Assembly: GCA_050015075.1 (NCBI GenBank)
Contig: JBEKCB010000041.1
Coordinates: 1 to 29,898, forward strand
Length of the DNA stretch: 29,898 bases
Source: Candidatus Brocadiia bacterium
GTDB taxonomy: Bacteria; Planctomycetota; Brocadiia; CAIUPP01
Direction: 5' to 3'
A model generated the notes under the pieces. The model was not told the origin of the DNA, did not search any database, and saw only the letters and a program-made list of their open reading frames with translations. Below, in pieces: positions 15,285-23,731 of the stretch (the first letter of the stretch is position 1; every line of letters starts with the position of its first letter). The translations under genes were made by a program, and so were the position numbers.

Positions 15285-18200
15285 GTGCACAAAAACATTC
15301 GACGCCTCTGGTCCATCACGGTGTGCGCACTGGCGATTTCGCTGGCGGTCATGAACCCGCCGACGACGGCGGCGTCGGCGCCGGACGCCACCGCGGCCAA
15401 GCCCGCCATGGCCGGCGCTGTTGACCGCGCCTCCGCCCTCTTCGACCAGGAGAAATACGCCAAAGCCAAGGAAGTCCTCGACGGCTTCATCGCCGCCCCG
15501 CCGGCCGGCACTCAGCCGAAGGAGCTCCAGAAGGCGCAACAGCTCCTCGACCGCGTCAAAGGCGTCCTCGCCGACGAGTACCAGACCGTCGAGGCTGCCC
15601 GCCAGCGCGCGAAGGCCGAGGAGTCCAAGCGCGCCCAGGATCTGGCCGCCCGCCAGGCCCGCGAGAAGCAAACAATCGCCGACGCCGACCACCTCGCCCA
15701 GCAAGGCCAGTACGAAGAAGCCAAGCGCCTCTACACCCAGGTCGCCTCCGACCGCGCCGCCGACGCCTTCAACCTGGCCATGGACTATTACAACGAAGGA
15801 CAGTACGACAACGCCCGCAAGGCGTTCGAGCACCTTAACAAGTTCATCCAGGACCAGCGCCAGGCCGATCCCCAGTTCAAGTCGGGCCTCGGCGCGGAGC
15901 GCGAGCAGCGCATCGCCGAACGCCTCGCGAAAATACCCGACGCCAAGGACAACCTGGTCCAGGGCGCCCTGCTCGCCAAGGCCTCGCCCGCCACGCCGCC
16001 GGCCGGCCCGAGCGAAGCCCAGCGCAAGGCCCTCAAAGCGTACGACGAAGCGCTCCGCGCGTTCGACAACGACCGGTTCGACGAAGCCCGGCGGCAGTTC
16101 GAGGACATTCTCAACAGCGGCGTCAGCCTCGGCAAGGAGAAGGACGGGCAACTGCGCGCGAAGCTCAACCAGATCGCCCAGCGCCAGAAGGACACCGATA
16201 CCCGCCGCGCCGCCGCAGTGGCCGAGATGAAGTCCGGCGAAGATCTCCTCAACAAGAACGACTGGCGCGGCGCCGGAGAATTCCTCAACAAGGCCGTCAT
16301 GGACAAAGACCTTCTCACCGAGCCCCAGCGCACCCATCTCGCCGGCCTGCTGGCGAAAGTCGCCGACCAGAGGAAGAAAGCCGAGTCCTCCGCCACCAGC
16401 CAGGCCGCGGCGGGCCAGGCCGAGGCCGAAGCGGTCAAGCGCCAGGAGGATTACCTGGCTTTCGTCAAGAAGCAGCAGCAGATCCTCGATCAGCAGGAGA
16501 AGGCCACGGCGGATATGTACGTGGACCTCGCGAAAGTGGATTTCGACAATTTCAAGTACGACGAGTCGCTGAAGAACATCGCGCAGGCGCTGAACCACCA
16601 GCCCGACAACGCCGCCGCCCTGAAGATGAGGGCCGAGATCCTCGCCCTCCAGGGCAAGGGCCTCGACATCACCGTTTATGGCGACCGGGTCAAGTCGCAG
16701 GAAAAGGCGGTGATTGACGAGGTGCTGACCCAGATCAACCTGGCCGTTCAGCGCGGCCGCGCGGCCATGGCCGCGAAGGACTTCCCGACCGCGATTGACC
16801 AGTTCAGCCGCGCCCTCGACTCGCTCGATTACCTGGCGCCCGTCTCGGACATCCGCATGGCCCAGAGCCAGGTGAAAGGGCTGCTGAAACAGGCGCAGGA
16901 CGCGCAGGCGGAAGCGGAAGGTCAGCAGAAGCGGGCGAGAGAGTTCGACGCCCTCAAGGAAAGGGAACAGGCGCTGCGCGACGAGGCGGAGCGCAACGAG
17001 CGCAGGAAGCTGGCCCTCTTCGCGGAGGCCAATTCCGAGTTCGCCAAGGGCAAGTACGAGAGCGCCATCAAGCTCGCCCAGGAGGTCGTGGAGGCCGATC
17101 CGGAGAACGGCGCCGCGCGCGACCTGATTGACGACGCGCGCCAGGCCCTCCAGCGCAAGACCTGGGACTCGATCATCCAAACCGACCAGAAGGCCGTCCA
17201 GGACGAGCGCGTCCGCATGCGGATGAAAGCCGTGTTCCCCGGCGCCCTCTTCATGTATCCGGCCCGGGAGCTTTGGGAAGAGATCAAGGCGCGTCCGCGC
17301 GTGGAACTGCCCTCCGGCGAGGCGACCAGGACCCCGAAGGAACTCGATATCGAGGCCCGGCTGGACCAGGAGATCAAGGCCGTGTCGCTGCCGGGCGTCT
17401 CGCTCCCGGAGGCCCTCGAAATCATCAAGACCCAGATCGGCAAAGACGTCAACTTCATCCTGGACCCGACTCCCGAGGTGAACTCCGCCTTGACCTCCCT
17501 GCAGATTACGCTGGACCTGCACGAGGTGACGCTCCGCACGCTGCTCCAGTTGATGCTGCGCCCGAAGTACAACTTCGTCATCTCCCACGGCAACATCTTC
17601 ATCTCCACCTACCCGGGCGCCCGCAGGGAAGAGGCGCAGGACGAGAACCTTTCGCTGCGCCAATATGATATCTCCGACCTCCTGGTCGTCATCGAGACCA
17701 CCGGCGGATCGTCCGGCGGCACCACCACCGGCGGCGGCGGTGGCACCGGCGGCGGCGGCACCAGCGGCGGCGGTGGCGGCGGTACCGCCGGCGGCGGCGG
17801 CACCTCTAACGGCGGTTCGGGCTCCTCCGGTTCAGGCGTCAACGACGTGCTGGAACTGCTCTACATTTTCACCGGCGGCCCGAACAACTGGCCCCATCCG
17901 CCGTCCTCCGCAGCCAACAGCGCCACCGGCGCAGGCGGAGCCTCCGGCGGAGGCGGCGGCCTCGGCGGGGGCGGCGGCGCGGCTGTTACCGGCGCAGGTG
18001 GCGGAGGTGGTGGCGGCGGCAGGGGCGGCGGCGGCGGCGGCGCAGGCGGCACCACCGGCGGCATAGGCGCCCTGATGACCTCAACCGACCCGAACCGGGA
18101 AGGCGCAGACCCCCTCATGTACCTGCGCGGCGTCTGGCTGATGGTCAATCACGTGGACCGCATCCATAAGAAGATCGAGGAAATCCTGGAGGTGCTCCGC

Positions 18201-19034
18201 GCCCAGACCCATATGCAGATACAGGTCGAGGCCACGTTCATGACCTTCACGGACGATTTCCTCAAGAATATCGGCATCCAATGGGAAAACCTGCCGCTGA
18301 TTAACACCGGGGGCCAATCCTTCTTCGGCGGTCATATCCCTGCGGCGGTCTCCAACGTGTCCTACAACAATGGGTCGGCCTCCACCGGCGTTTTCCAGAT
18401 GACTGTCTCGTTCCTCAACAGCGCCCAGACCAAGATGATCATCAACGCCGCGGAGTCCAGCACGAACGCCATCGTCACGGCTTCTCCGCACATCACCTGC
18501 ATCAACACCGTCTCGACGACCATCAGCCTGACGAGCAGCTCTGAATACATCTCCACCTACGTCGCGCAGGGCAACTTCGTCATTCCGGTTTTTGCCTTCG
18601 CTCCGAATGCCAATTCCTTGACCGTGCAGAATTGGATCACGGCCGACCGGCGTTACGTCTGGATGGTCGTCACCCCGTCCATCTCAACCACACAGCTCGT
18701 TACGACAACCGGGGTCATCCCCATTGCGGCCGCCACCGTCACCGGCCTCGCCTCGACCACGCTGACCGGCGCCTCCGTGACGGTGCCCATCACCACAGTT
18801 AACACCGAGACTAACAGCGTCACGGCCACCATGAAGGTCCCGGACCGCGGCACTGCGGTCATCGGCGGGTTCACCAGCGTCCAGGAGACCCGGACGGAGG
18901 AAGGCGTGCCGATTCTCTCGCACATCCCGGTCATCAAGCGCCTCTTCCTCAACACCAACGTTGCCAAGAATCGCGAGCACGACATCTTCCTGGTCACGCC
19001 GACGATCCTGATCGAGAAAGAGTTCGAGCCGTAA
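15285..19034 (+). CDS. Large secretin (PilQ/GspD family) with an N-terminal TPR-like region
   Basis: GTG after GGAGGG; signal peptide; many TPR-like helices (e.g. FNLAMDYYNEGQYDNARKAFEHL, FAKGKYESAIKLAQEVVEADPEN); STN/N0-like and N3-like domains; C-terminal secretin motifs QIQVEATF, ITADRRYV, VPDRGTAVIGG, GVPILSHIPVIKRLF and FLVTPTIL. Confidence 0.88.
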   Translation: MHKNIRRLWSITVCALAISLAVMNPPTTAASAPDATAAKPAMAGAVDRASALFDQEKYAKAKEVLDGFIAAPPAGTQPKELQKAQQLLDRVKGVLADEYQTVEAARQRAKAEESKRAQDLAARQAREKQTIADADHLAQQGQYEEAKRLYTQVASDRAADAFNLAMDYYNEGQYDNARKAFEHLNKFIQDQRQADPQFKSGLGAEREQRIAERLAKIPDAKDNLVQGALLAKASPATPPAGPSEAQRKALKAYDEALRAFDNDRFDEARRQFEDILNSGVSLGKEKDGQLRAKLNQIAQRQKDTDTRRAAAVAEMKSGEDLLNKNDWRGAGEFLNKAVMDKDLLTEPQRTHLAGLLAKVADQRKKAESSATSQAAAGQAEAEAVKRQEDYLAFVKKQQQILDQQEKATADMYVDLAKVDFDNFKYDESLKNIAQALNHQPDNAAALKMRAEILALQGKGLDITVYGDRVKSQEKAVIDEVLTQINLAVQRGRAAMAAKDFPTAIDQFSRALDSLDYLAPVSDIRMAQSQVKGLLKQAQDAQAEAEGQQKRAREFDALKEREQALRDEAERNERRKLALFAEANSEFAKGKYESAIKLAQEVVEADPENGAARDLIDDARQALQRKTWDSIIQTDQKAVQDERVRMRMKAVFPGALFMYPARELWEEIKARPRVELPSGEATRTPKELDIEARLDQEIKAVSLPGVSLPEALEIIKTQIGKDVNFILDPTPEVNSALTSLQITLDLHEVTLRTLLQLMLRPKYNFVISHGNIFISTYPGARREEAQDENLSLRQYDISDLLVVIETTGGSSGGTTTGGGGGTGGGGTSGGGGGGTAGGGGTSNGGSGSSGSGVNDVLELLYIFTGGPNNWPHPPSSAANSATGAGGASGGGGGLGGGGGAAVTGAGGGGGGGGRGGGGGGAGGTTGGIGALMTSTDPNREGADPLMYLRGVWLMVNHVDRIHKKIEEILEVLRAQTHMQIQVEATFMTFTDDFLKNIGIQWENLPLINTGGQSFFGGHIPAAVSNVSYNNGSASTGVFQMTVSFLNSAQTKMIINAAESSTNAIVTASPHITCINTVSTTISLTSSSEYISTYVAQGNFVIPVFAFAPNANSLTVQNWITADRRYVWMVVTPSISTTQLVTTTGVIPIAAATVTGLASTTLTGASVTVPITTVNTETNSVTATMKVPDRGTAVIGGFTSVQETRTEEGVPILSHIPVIKRLFLNTNVAKNREHDIFLVTPTILIEKEFEP
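17703..18068 (+). repeat. GGC-rich low-complexity tracts coding poly-Gly insertions in the secretin
   Basis: Two in-frame Gly/Thr/Ser/Ala tracts separated by VNDVLELLYIFTGGPNNW. Confidence 0.9.
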
Positions 19035-19069
19035 GGGCGTTCAGGGGAAACTAGCAGGGAGGCTCGCGC

Positions 19070-19453
19070 ATGGACGGCAGAAAGGCTTCGTGGGTGATCG
19101 TCGGCCTGGCCGCGGTCGTGGGGGCTCTGGCGGCCTTGCTGGCGGCGGAGTACCTGCACCGGAGCGATTCGCGGGCTGCCTTCGGCCAGACGGCCGAGGC
19201 CGCCGGCTCGGCCAACTACGTCCTGGCTCTGCTGGGCAACACGGTCGGCGACGCCACGCCGATCGTCGTGATTGACACCAAGACTCAAACGCTCATGGTT
19301 TACGAGTACATGGTCTCGACACACACCATGTTTCTGCGGATCGCCCGCACGTACGCCGCCGATCGCGAGTTGCTCGACAACGGCTTCTTCACGGGCAATG
19401 CTTACGCCGGCCCGAGCGTCAACGACGTCCGGAACCTGCTGCGCAACCGCTAG
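19070..19453 (+). CDS. Small membrane-anchored hypothetical protein downstream of the secretin
   Basis: GGGAGG ribosome-binding site, N-terminal hydrophobic helix, beta-rich core IVVIDTKTQTLMVYEY; 35 bp after the secretin stop. Confidence 0.8.
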   Translation: MDGRKASWVIVGLAAVVGALAALLAAEYLHRSDSRAAFGQTAEAAGSANYVLALLGNTVGDATPIVVIDTKTQTLMVYEYMVSTHTMFLRIARTYAADRELLDNGFFTGNAYAGPSVNDVRNLLRNR

Positions 19454-19537
19454 AGCGTCGTTATGGAACCGGGTTGCATGATGCGCGGTCAGAGATGATC
19501 ACGCATCATGCAGCTTGTTTTTGGGGCGCTACTCTAG
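19450..19537. repeat. CTAGAG...CTCTAG palindromic element between convergent genes
   Basis: Ends are CTAGAG and CTCTAG; the inner stem is TGCATGATGCG/CGCATCATGCA. Both CTAGs contain the TAG stops of the flanking genes. Confidence 0.65.
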
Positions 19538-21351
19538 GGCGCCGTCCCAACGCCGCCGACGGCGAAGTCGCCGGCGGCATGATTGATGACGGCCCAGGCG
19601 GTGTGGTCGGTCAAGTTGATCCCCCAATCTCCAAGCCGGTCCGCGGTTGAATCATACGCGCGCAAATGAAAGGCGCCGGCGCCGCCGGCATTCAGCCTGG
19701 TCGCGCCGACCCAGCGCCCGGAGGGATCGCGGCTGAGCAAACCGTACCGGCCGCTCGCGGCCCGGTCGTCCGGCAGGCGCGACGCGTCGTAGCTGACGGA
19801 CAGGACGCAGTCGTCGGTGCGGTCGGCGCCGAGGTCCTGCATGCCCCAAAGCTTCAGCACGTCGCTGGCCAGCTCCGCATTCCCCGGCGCCCAGCCGGTG
19901 CTGATCGCCTTCGTCAACGGCCGGCCGTCATGGGTCGTGCGCGCGCTGCCGTTGACGCCGGCAAGGATTTTTGCGGAAGTTCCCAGGTACTCCTCGCCGT
20001 CGGCCGATCCCTGGACCACCGCGTCCTGCACCGCGGCATACGAGCCGCCCTGCCGGACCTGAAATTCGCGCCCGTTCAGGCTGTAGCCGCTGACGGCGCG
20101 CAGTTTCCAGTTGCCCGTGAGCGATGGCGTCCGAGAGATGGCGTGTTCGTCGGCATTCCAGCCCGCCGCGTTAGTCCCGTCCCGGTTCGTGATGTCCACG
20201 GCATAGTAGTCCACCGTAACGCGCGGGCCGTCCACCGTGTAGATATAGCACCCGACCGTCCAGAGTTCCTCCGAGACCGGCGTCTCGTTCGCCGAGAAAG
20301 GCGGCGCCGGCGTGTAGAACTTGGAACTGTCGGATTGGCTGATGATCTGGTGCACGGAAAACTCGCCGCTCAGCGGCCCCGCGATGATGGAATCCGCGTG
20401 ATGATGATCGTGGCCGGTGATGAAGTAGTGGACACGGCCCTCCGCCAGCGACCGGATGAAGGCGTCCTCCGCCTGCCGCTTGGCCATGCCCGCGGCGGTC
20501 CCGGCGGCCCCGTCGCCCGCATCGGAGCCTGTGACCGCGCCTCCGAAGAGGTTGTCCTTGTGCGCGCCGCCCAGCAGGTTCTTGTGGCTGAAGACGAAGG
20601 CCTGCTGCGGCCGCTGCGGGTCCTTGAGCCGTTGGGCGATCCAGGGCTGCTGCTGAGCGACCGAGCTGTGATGCGTGTTGCCGGTCCGGTCGAACTGGTC
20701 GAGGAGGACGAAGCGCGCGTTCTCATAGTCGAAAGAATAGGACACGCTCCCATTCGCGTCATTGACCGGGACGGGATAGGAGAAGTTGCCGCCGACCCTG
20801 AAAGGGTTCGGCTCGGTCCGCGCCGGCGGCGCGATTTGGCTGTCTATGCCGAGCCGGGGATTCTTCTGCAAGATGTCCGCCGGCGTGGCATTGTTCCGGC
20901 CGGCGGCCTGCGTTGGACCGACAGGGCCGCGGTCTGGATCGAGATTGTACCCGATCTGCGGAAAGACGCGGGCGAACTCCTTTCCGGAGTTCCCGTCCGC
21001 AGCTTCGTGGTTCCCGCGCAGCGGATAGTAGGCGATCCGGGCGTTGTAGAGATCCTGGACGTACAGCGCGCGGGCGTCGAGATTGGCTGTGCTGCTGACG
21101 TCCACGCAGTCGCCGACGTCCACGACGAATCGGACGCCATGGGCGATGAAGGCCTGGTGAATCTGCTTGAGGATGCCGGCCGGAATCGAGTTCGGGCTTT
21201 GGCCGTCATCCGGCACGGTCCACTGCGTGTCGGATATGACGGCGAAGCTCCAGGGCCTGCCGGCCGAGGCCGCCGGGATACTGACAACGGCGCCGGTTGC
21301 GACCAGCGCCACCGCTATCCAGCGGAACAGAGCGTCTGAGAAAGAACTCAT
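19534..21351 (-). CDS. Secreted calcineurin-like metallophosphoesterase with a C-terminal extension
   Basis: Signal peptide and metal-ligand motifs SDTQ, GDCVD, GNHE, FSHK and GHDHHH. Confidence 0.85.
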   Translation of the reverse strand: MSSFSDALFRWIAVALVATGAVVSIPAASAGRPWSFAVISDTQWTVPDDGQSPNSIPAGILKQIHQAFIAHGVRFVVDVGDCVDVSSTANLDARALYVQDLYNARIAYYPLRGNHEAADGNSGKEFARVFPQIGYNLDPDRGPVGPTQAAGRNNATPADILQKNPRLGIDSQIAPPARTEPNPFRVGGNFSYPVPVNDANGSVSYSFDYENARFVLLDQFDRTGNTHHSSVAQQQPWIAQRLKDPQRPQQAFVFSHKNLLGGAHKDNLFGGAVTGSDAGDGAAGTAAGMAKRQAEDAFIRSLAEGRVHYFITGHDHHHADSIIAGPLSGEFSVHQIISQSDSSKFYTPAPPFSANETPVSEELWTVGCYIYTVDGPRVTVDYYAVDITNRDGTNAAGWNADEHAISRTPSLTGNWKLRAVSGYSLNGREFQVRQGGSYAAVQDAVVQGSADGEEYLGTSAKILAGVNGSARTTHDGRPLTKAISTGWAPGNAELASDVLKLWGMQDLGADRTDDCVLSVSYDASRLPDDRAASGRYGLLSRDPSGRWVGATRLNAGGAGAFHLRAYDSTADRLGDWGINLTDHTAWAVINHAAGDFAVGGVGTAP

Positions 21352-21509
21352 GCGCCTCTCGCGTGAAAGGTCTCAAGAATCGCCACGAACGCGGACCGTC
21401 ACTGATATCTTACCGCGCAGAGAAGGCAGGAATCTACCCAGAGCCTAAAGCCGTCGCGCAAGGAAGATGTTTGGACAGGATGAAATTTGCGCAGACGGAC
21501 AAATGGAAC

Positions 21510-23018
21510 CTACCGGCGTCTTTCGTACAACGTCCACTTTCCCGACGCGGCCACCTCGTCGCATCGGCGCGCGATGTAGGACTTGAAGGATTCCGGCGCG
21601 CCGCGGGCGAGAAAGTACTGGTAGTCCGAGGAATGCTTCTCCCAGGAAAAGCCCCAGGGGTTGTATTCGCCCGGCGCGGGCCGCTCCGCGCCTTTTCGAT
21701 AGTGCACGGGAAGGACCGGCGCCTCGAAGAAATAGGGATTGAACCCGCCGCCGACGAGGATGTGATAATAGTCGTGGTCGTGCAGGTGCGCGTCGAAGAA
21801 GCCCGGCTCCAATTCGGCCGAACTCGCGTCAAAGACCAGCGGAAGGATGCGCGCGTTCGGCGGGATCCGCTCGACGATCGGCGCGATCTCGCCGACCTCG
21901 GCTGAAATGCGCGCTTGCCGCACGATGGAATCCGCCATGATCAGCGCCAGGAGCACGGCCAGCGCGTACCTCCACGGCCCTCTGAATTCCACCTCCGCCG
22001 CCGTCAGCGCCAGCAGGAAGTACACGAGGGCGGCCACCCGCAAGTTGATGAAGGTGAACGTCCCGACGCAGGACGGCAGGGCGCACAAGGCGATGATGGC
22101 CGGGACCAGCACGATGGCGCGGCGACGCAGCGCCGCCCCGCTTTCTTTCCAGTGCGTGATCGCGGCGGCCAGCACGATGGCGAACGCGCCGCCCCACAGA
22201 ATCAGCGGCACCGGCTGCGCGCCGCGCGACCACTGCATGCCGTTGAACATCAGGGCGAAGAACGTCAGCGTCAATTTCAGCGGGGACCATTGCAATTCCG
22301 CGCCGGAGGCCGCTTTCGGGACCGACGCGAGGGCGCTGTCAATCCATGCGGCGGCGAAGAGCAGAAATGCCCCCGCCATCAGGAGCAGCAGCTTGCCCGC
22401 CCATCCCTCCTTCTTGTCCCGTGCCGCGAAGGCGGCCAGGAACGCGAGGCAGACGTACGCCAGGAAAGTGAACGGGTGGGCGACGAACAAAACGGCCTGC
22501 CAGAGCAATTGCCGCAACGCCGGCCACGCGCGCAGCGGGCCCGCCGGCAGGTCCTCGAAATCCATCAGCGCCAGGACCAGCAGCGGCAGCGACAGCAGGT
22601 AATTGGTGTTGCCGAGAAAGTACTGCTGGTTGAACGCCATCGGGAAGAACAGCAGCGCGCCCCACGGCGCGCCGCGTTCGCCGAACCGCCGTCCCAGCCG
22701 AAACACCACGACCGCGATCAGAACCGGGTACAGCGAAAGCGCCAGCTTCCCCGCGACCTCGATCGGCGCCACGGTGGAGAAGAGCAGCGTCGCCAAAGTG
22801 AAGGCGGCGTAGGTCGGCCGCAGGTGGAACACGAAGTTCTGATTGTAGTCGAAACCGGCCCGGTCATGGACACGGAGCATCTGCGCCTGCAGCAGGTGCT
22901 GCGGATAGTCCTGCATCGGCGGGAACCGCTCCGACCAAATCGGCCAGAGCGCCAGGCAAAGGAACGCCTCAACGGCGACCAGCCAAGCCAGGTTGCGGCT
23001 CTTCGTTTCCAAGTTCAA
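21510..23018 (-). CDS. Polytopic membrane protein, possibly a GT-C-fold glycosyltransferase
   Basis: About 10-12 hydrophobic segments, PPMQDYPQHL after the first helix, an HPF motif and a soluble C-terminal domain. TTG start per the ORF track. Confidence 0.6.
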   Translation of the reverse strand: MNLETKSRNLAWLVAVEAFLCLALWPIWSERFPPMQDYPQHLLQAQMLRVHDRAGFDYNQNFVFHLRPTYAAFTLATLLFSTVAPIEVAGKLALSLYPVLIAVVVFRLGRRFGERGAPWGALLFFPMAFNQQYFLGNTNYLLSLPLLVLALMDFEDLPAGPLRAWPALRQLLWQAVLFVAHPFTFLAYVCLAFLAAFAARDKKEGWAGKLLLLMAGAFLLFAAAWIDSALASVPKAASGAELQWSPLKLTLTFFALMFNGMQWSRGAQPVPLILWGGAFAIVLAAAITHWKESGAALRRRAIVLVPAIIALCALPSCVGTFTFINLRVAALVYFLLALTAAEVEFRGPWRYALAVLLALIMADSIVRQARISAEVGEIAPIVERIPPNARILPLVFDASSAELEPGFFDAHLHDHDYYHILVGGGFNPYFFEAPVLPVHYRKGAERPAPGEYNPWGFSWEKHSSDYQYFLARGAPESFKSYIARRCDEVAASGKWTLYERRR

Positions 23019-23090
23019 CCCTTCGCGCCCGCGTCCGTCCGTCGCACCGCCTTTAGTATGGCGTCCCAGTAATAAATTGCATCATGCGCG

Positions 23091-23117
23091 GTCATTCTGA
23101 GCGAAGCGAAGAATCTC
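23091..23117. repeat. Single GTCATTCTGAGCGAAGCGAAGAATCT-type palindromic repeat
   Basis: ATTCT-GAGCGAAGCGA-AGAAT hairpin with a GTC leader, similar in architecture to the units at 3549-3619. Confidence 0.7.
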
Positions 23118-23126
23118 ACACGCCGC

Positions 23127-23185
23127 TTGTAGTGGCGCCATCAGGCGCCACTTCGTATGCCCTGACGGGCACACTACGAGCGGCC
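23127..23185 (+). repeat. GTAG-type REP doublet, copy 2
   Basis: TTGTAGTGGCGCCATCAGGCGCCACTTCGTATGCCCTGACGGGCACACTACGAGCGGCC, with closing stem GTAGTG/CACTAC. Confidence 0.88.
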
Positions 23186-23206
23186 GCTCCGCCAGGCGGC
23201 GCGCGC

Positions 23207-23731
23207 TCATCGTTCAACCCCTTTTTGCGCCCGTCGGCCGGCGCGCAGGGCGTGCTTGATGCACCGCATCTCCGTGACGGTGTCCGCCAGCGCCTGCAAC
23301 TTCCGGGACGCGCCGCGGCCGGTGAGCGCCAGGATGCAGGAGGCCGGGGCCGATTTCACCAGCGCGCAGACCGCCGCTTCGGCCAGGAGCCGCCGATGGA
23401 CCGCGTAACAAATTTCGTCCAGGATGACCAGCGCATACCGCTCCGAGGCCAGCGCCTCGCGCGCCCGCTCCAACGCGCGCTCCGCGCCTTCACGGTGTGC
23501 GGCGAACTTCGGCGAAGAGGACGCGGGAAGAAAGCCGCAGCCGTACTGCTCGATCTCCAGCGACGGCAGATACCGCGCGGCCTTGACCTCGCCCACGGAG
23601 CCGTCGGCCTTCACGAACTGGATGACGAGCGTGTGCAGGCCGTGGCCGCAGGCGCGCAGGGCCATGCCCAGCGCGGCGGTGGTCTTGCCCTTGCCGCGCC
23701 CGGTGAACAACAGCACGCGCGCTCGGCTCAT
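23207..23731 (-). CDS. cobO: Cob(I)yrinic acid a,c-diamide adenosyltransferase (CobO/BtuR/CobA type)
   Basis: FTGRGKGKTTAALGMALRACGHG, IQFVK, LVILDEI, LTGRGA, ADTVTEM and KHA...AQKGVE. ATG 23731 overlaps the cbiB stop (ATGA). Confidence 0.93.
   Translation of the reverse strand: MSRARVLLFTGRGKGKTTAALGMALRACGHGLHTLVIQFVKADGSVGEVKAARYLPSLEIEQYGCGFLPASSSPKFAAHREGAERALERAREALASERYALVILDEICYAVHRRLLAEAAVCALVKSAPASCILALTGRGASRKLQALADTVTEMRCIKHALRAGRRAQKGVER

Noticed and set aside
13911-17663. 1250-aa minus-strand ORF (and similar long antisense ORFs at 8295-9686, 9888-12230, 19666-21339, 27626-29785)
   Set aside because: They lie antisense to well-supported genes and have no recognisable motifs. 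Such shadow ORFs are expected from high-GC codon bias.
17703-18068. GGC tracts as a phase-variation or contingency locus
   Set aside because: The repeats are trinucleotide, interrupted and in frame, so slippage would change linker length only and would not switch expression.
21451-21498. Imperfect inverted repeat CCGTCGCGCAA/TTGCGCAGACGG upstream of the phosphoesterase
   Set aside because: Short, bulged, with a long loop and no second copy in the window; it could be chance.
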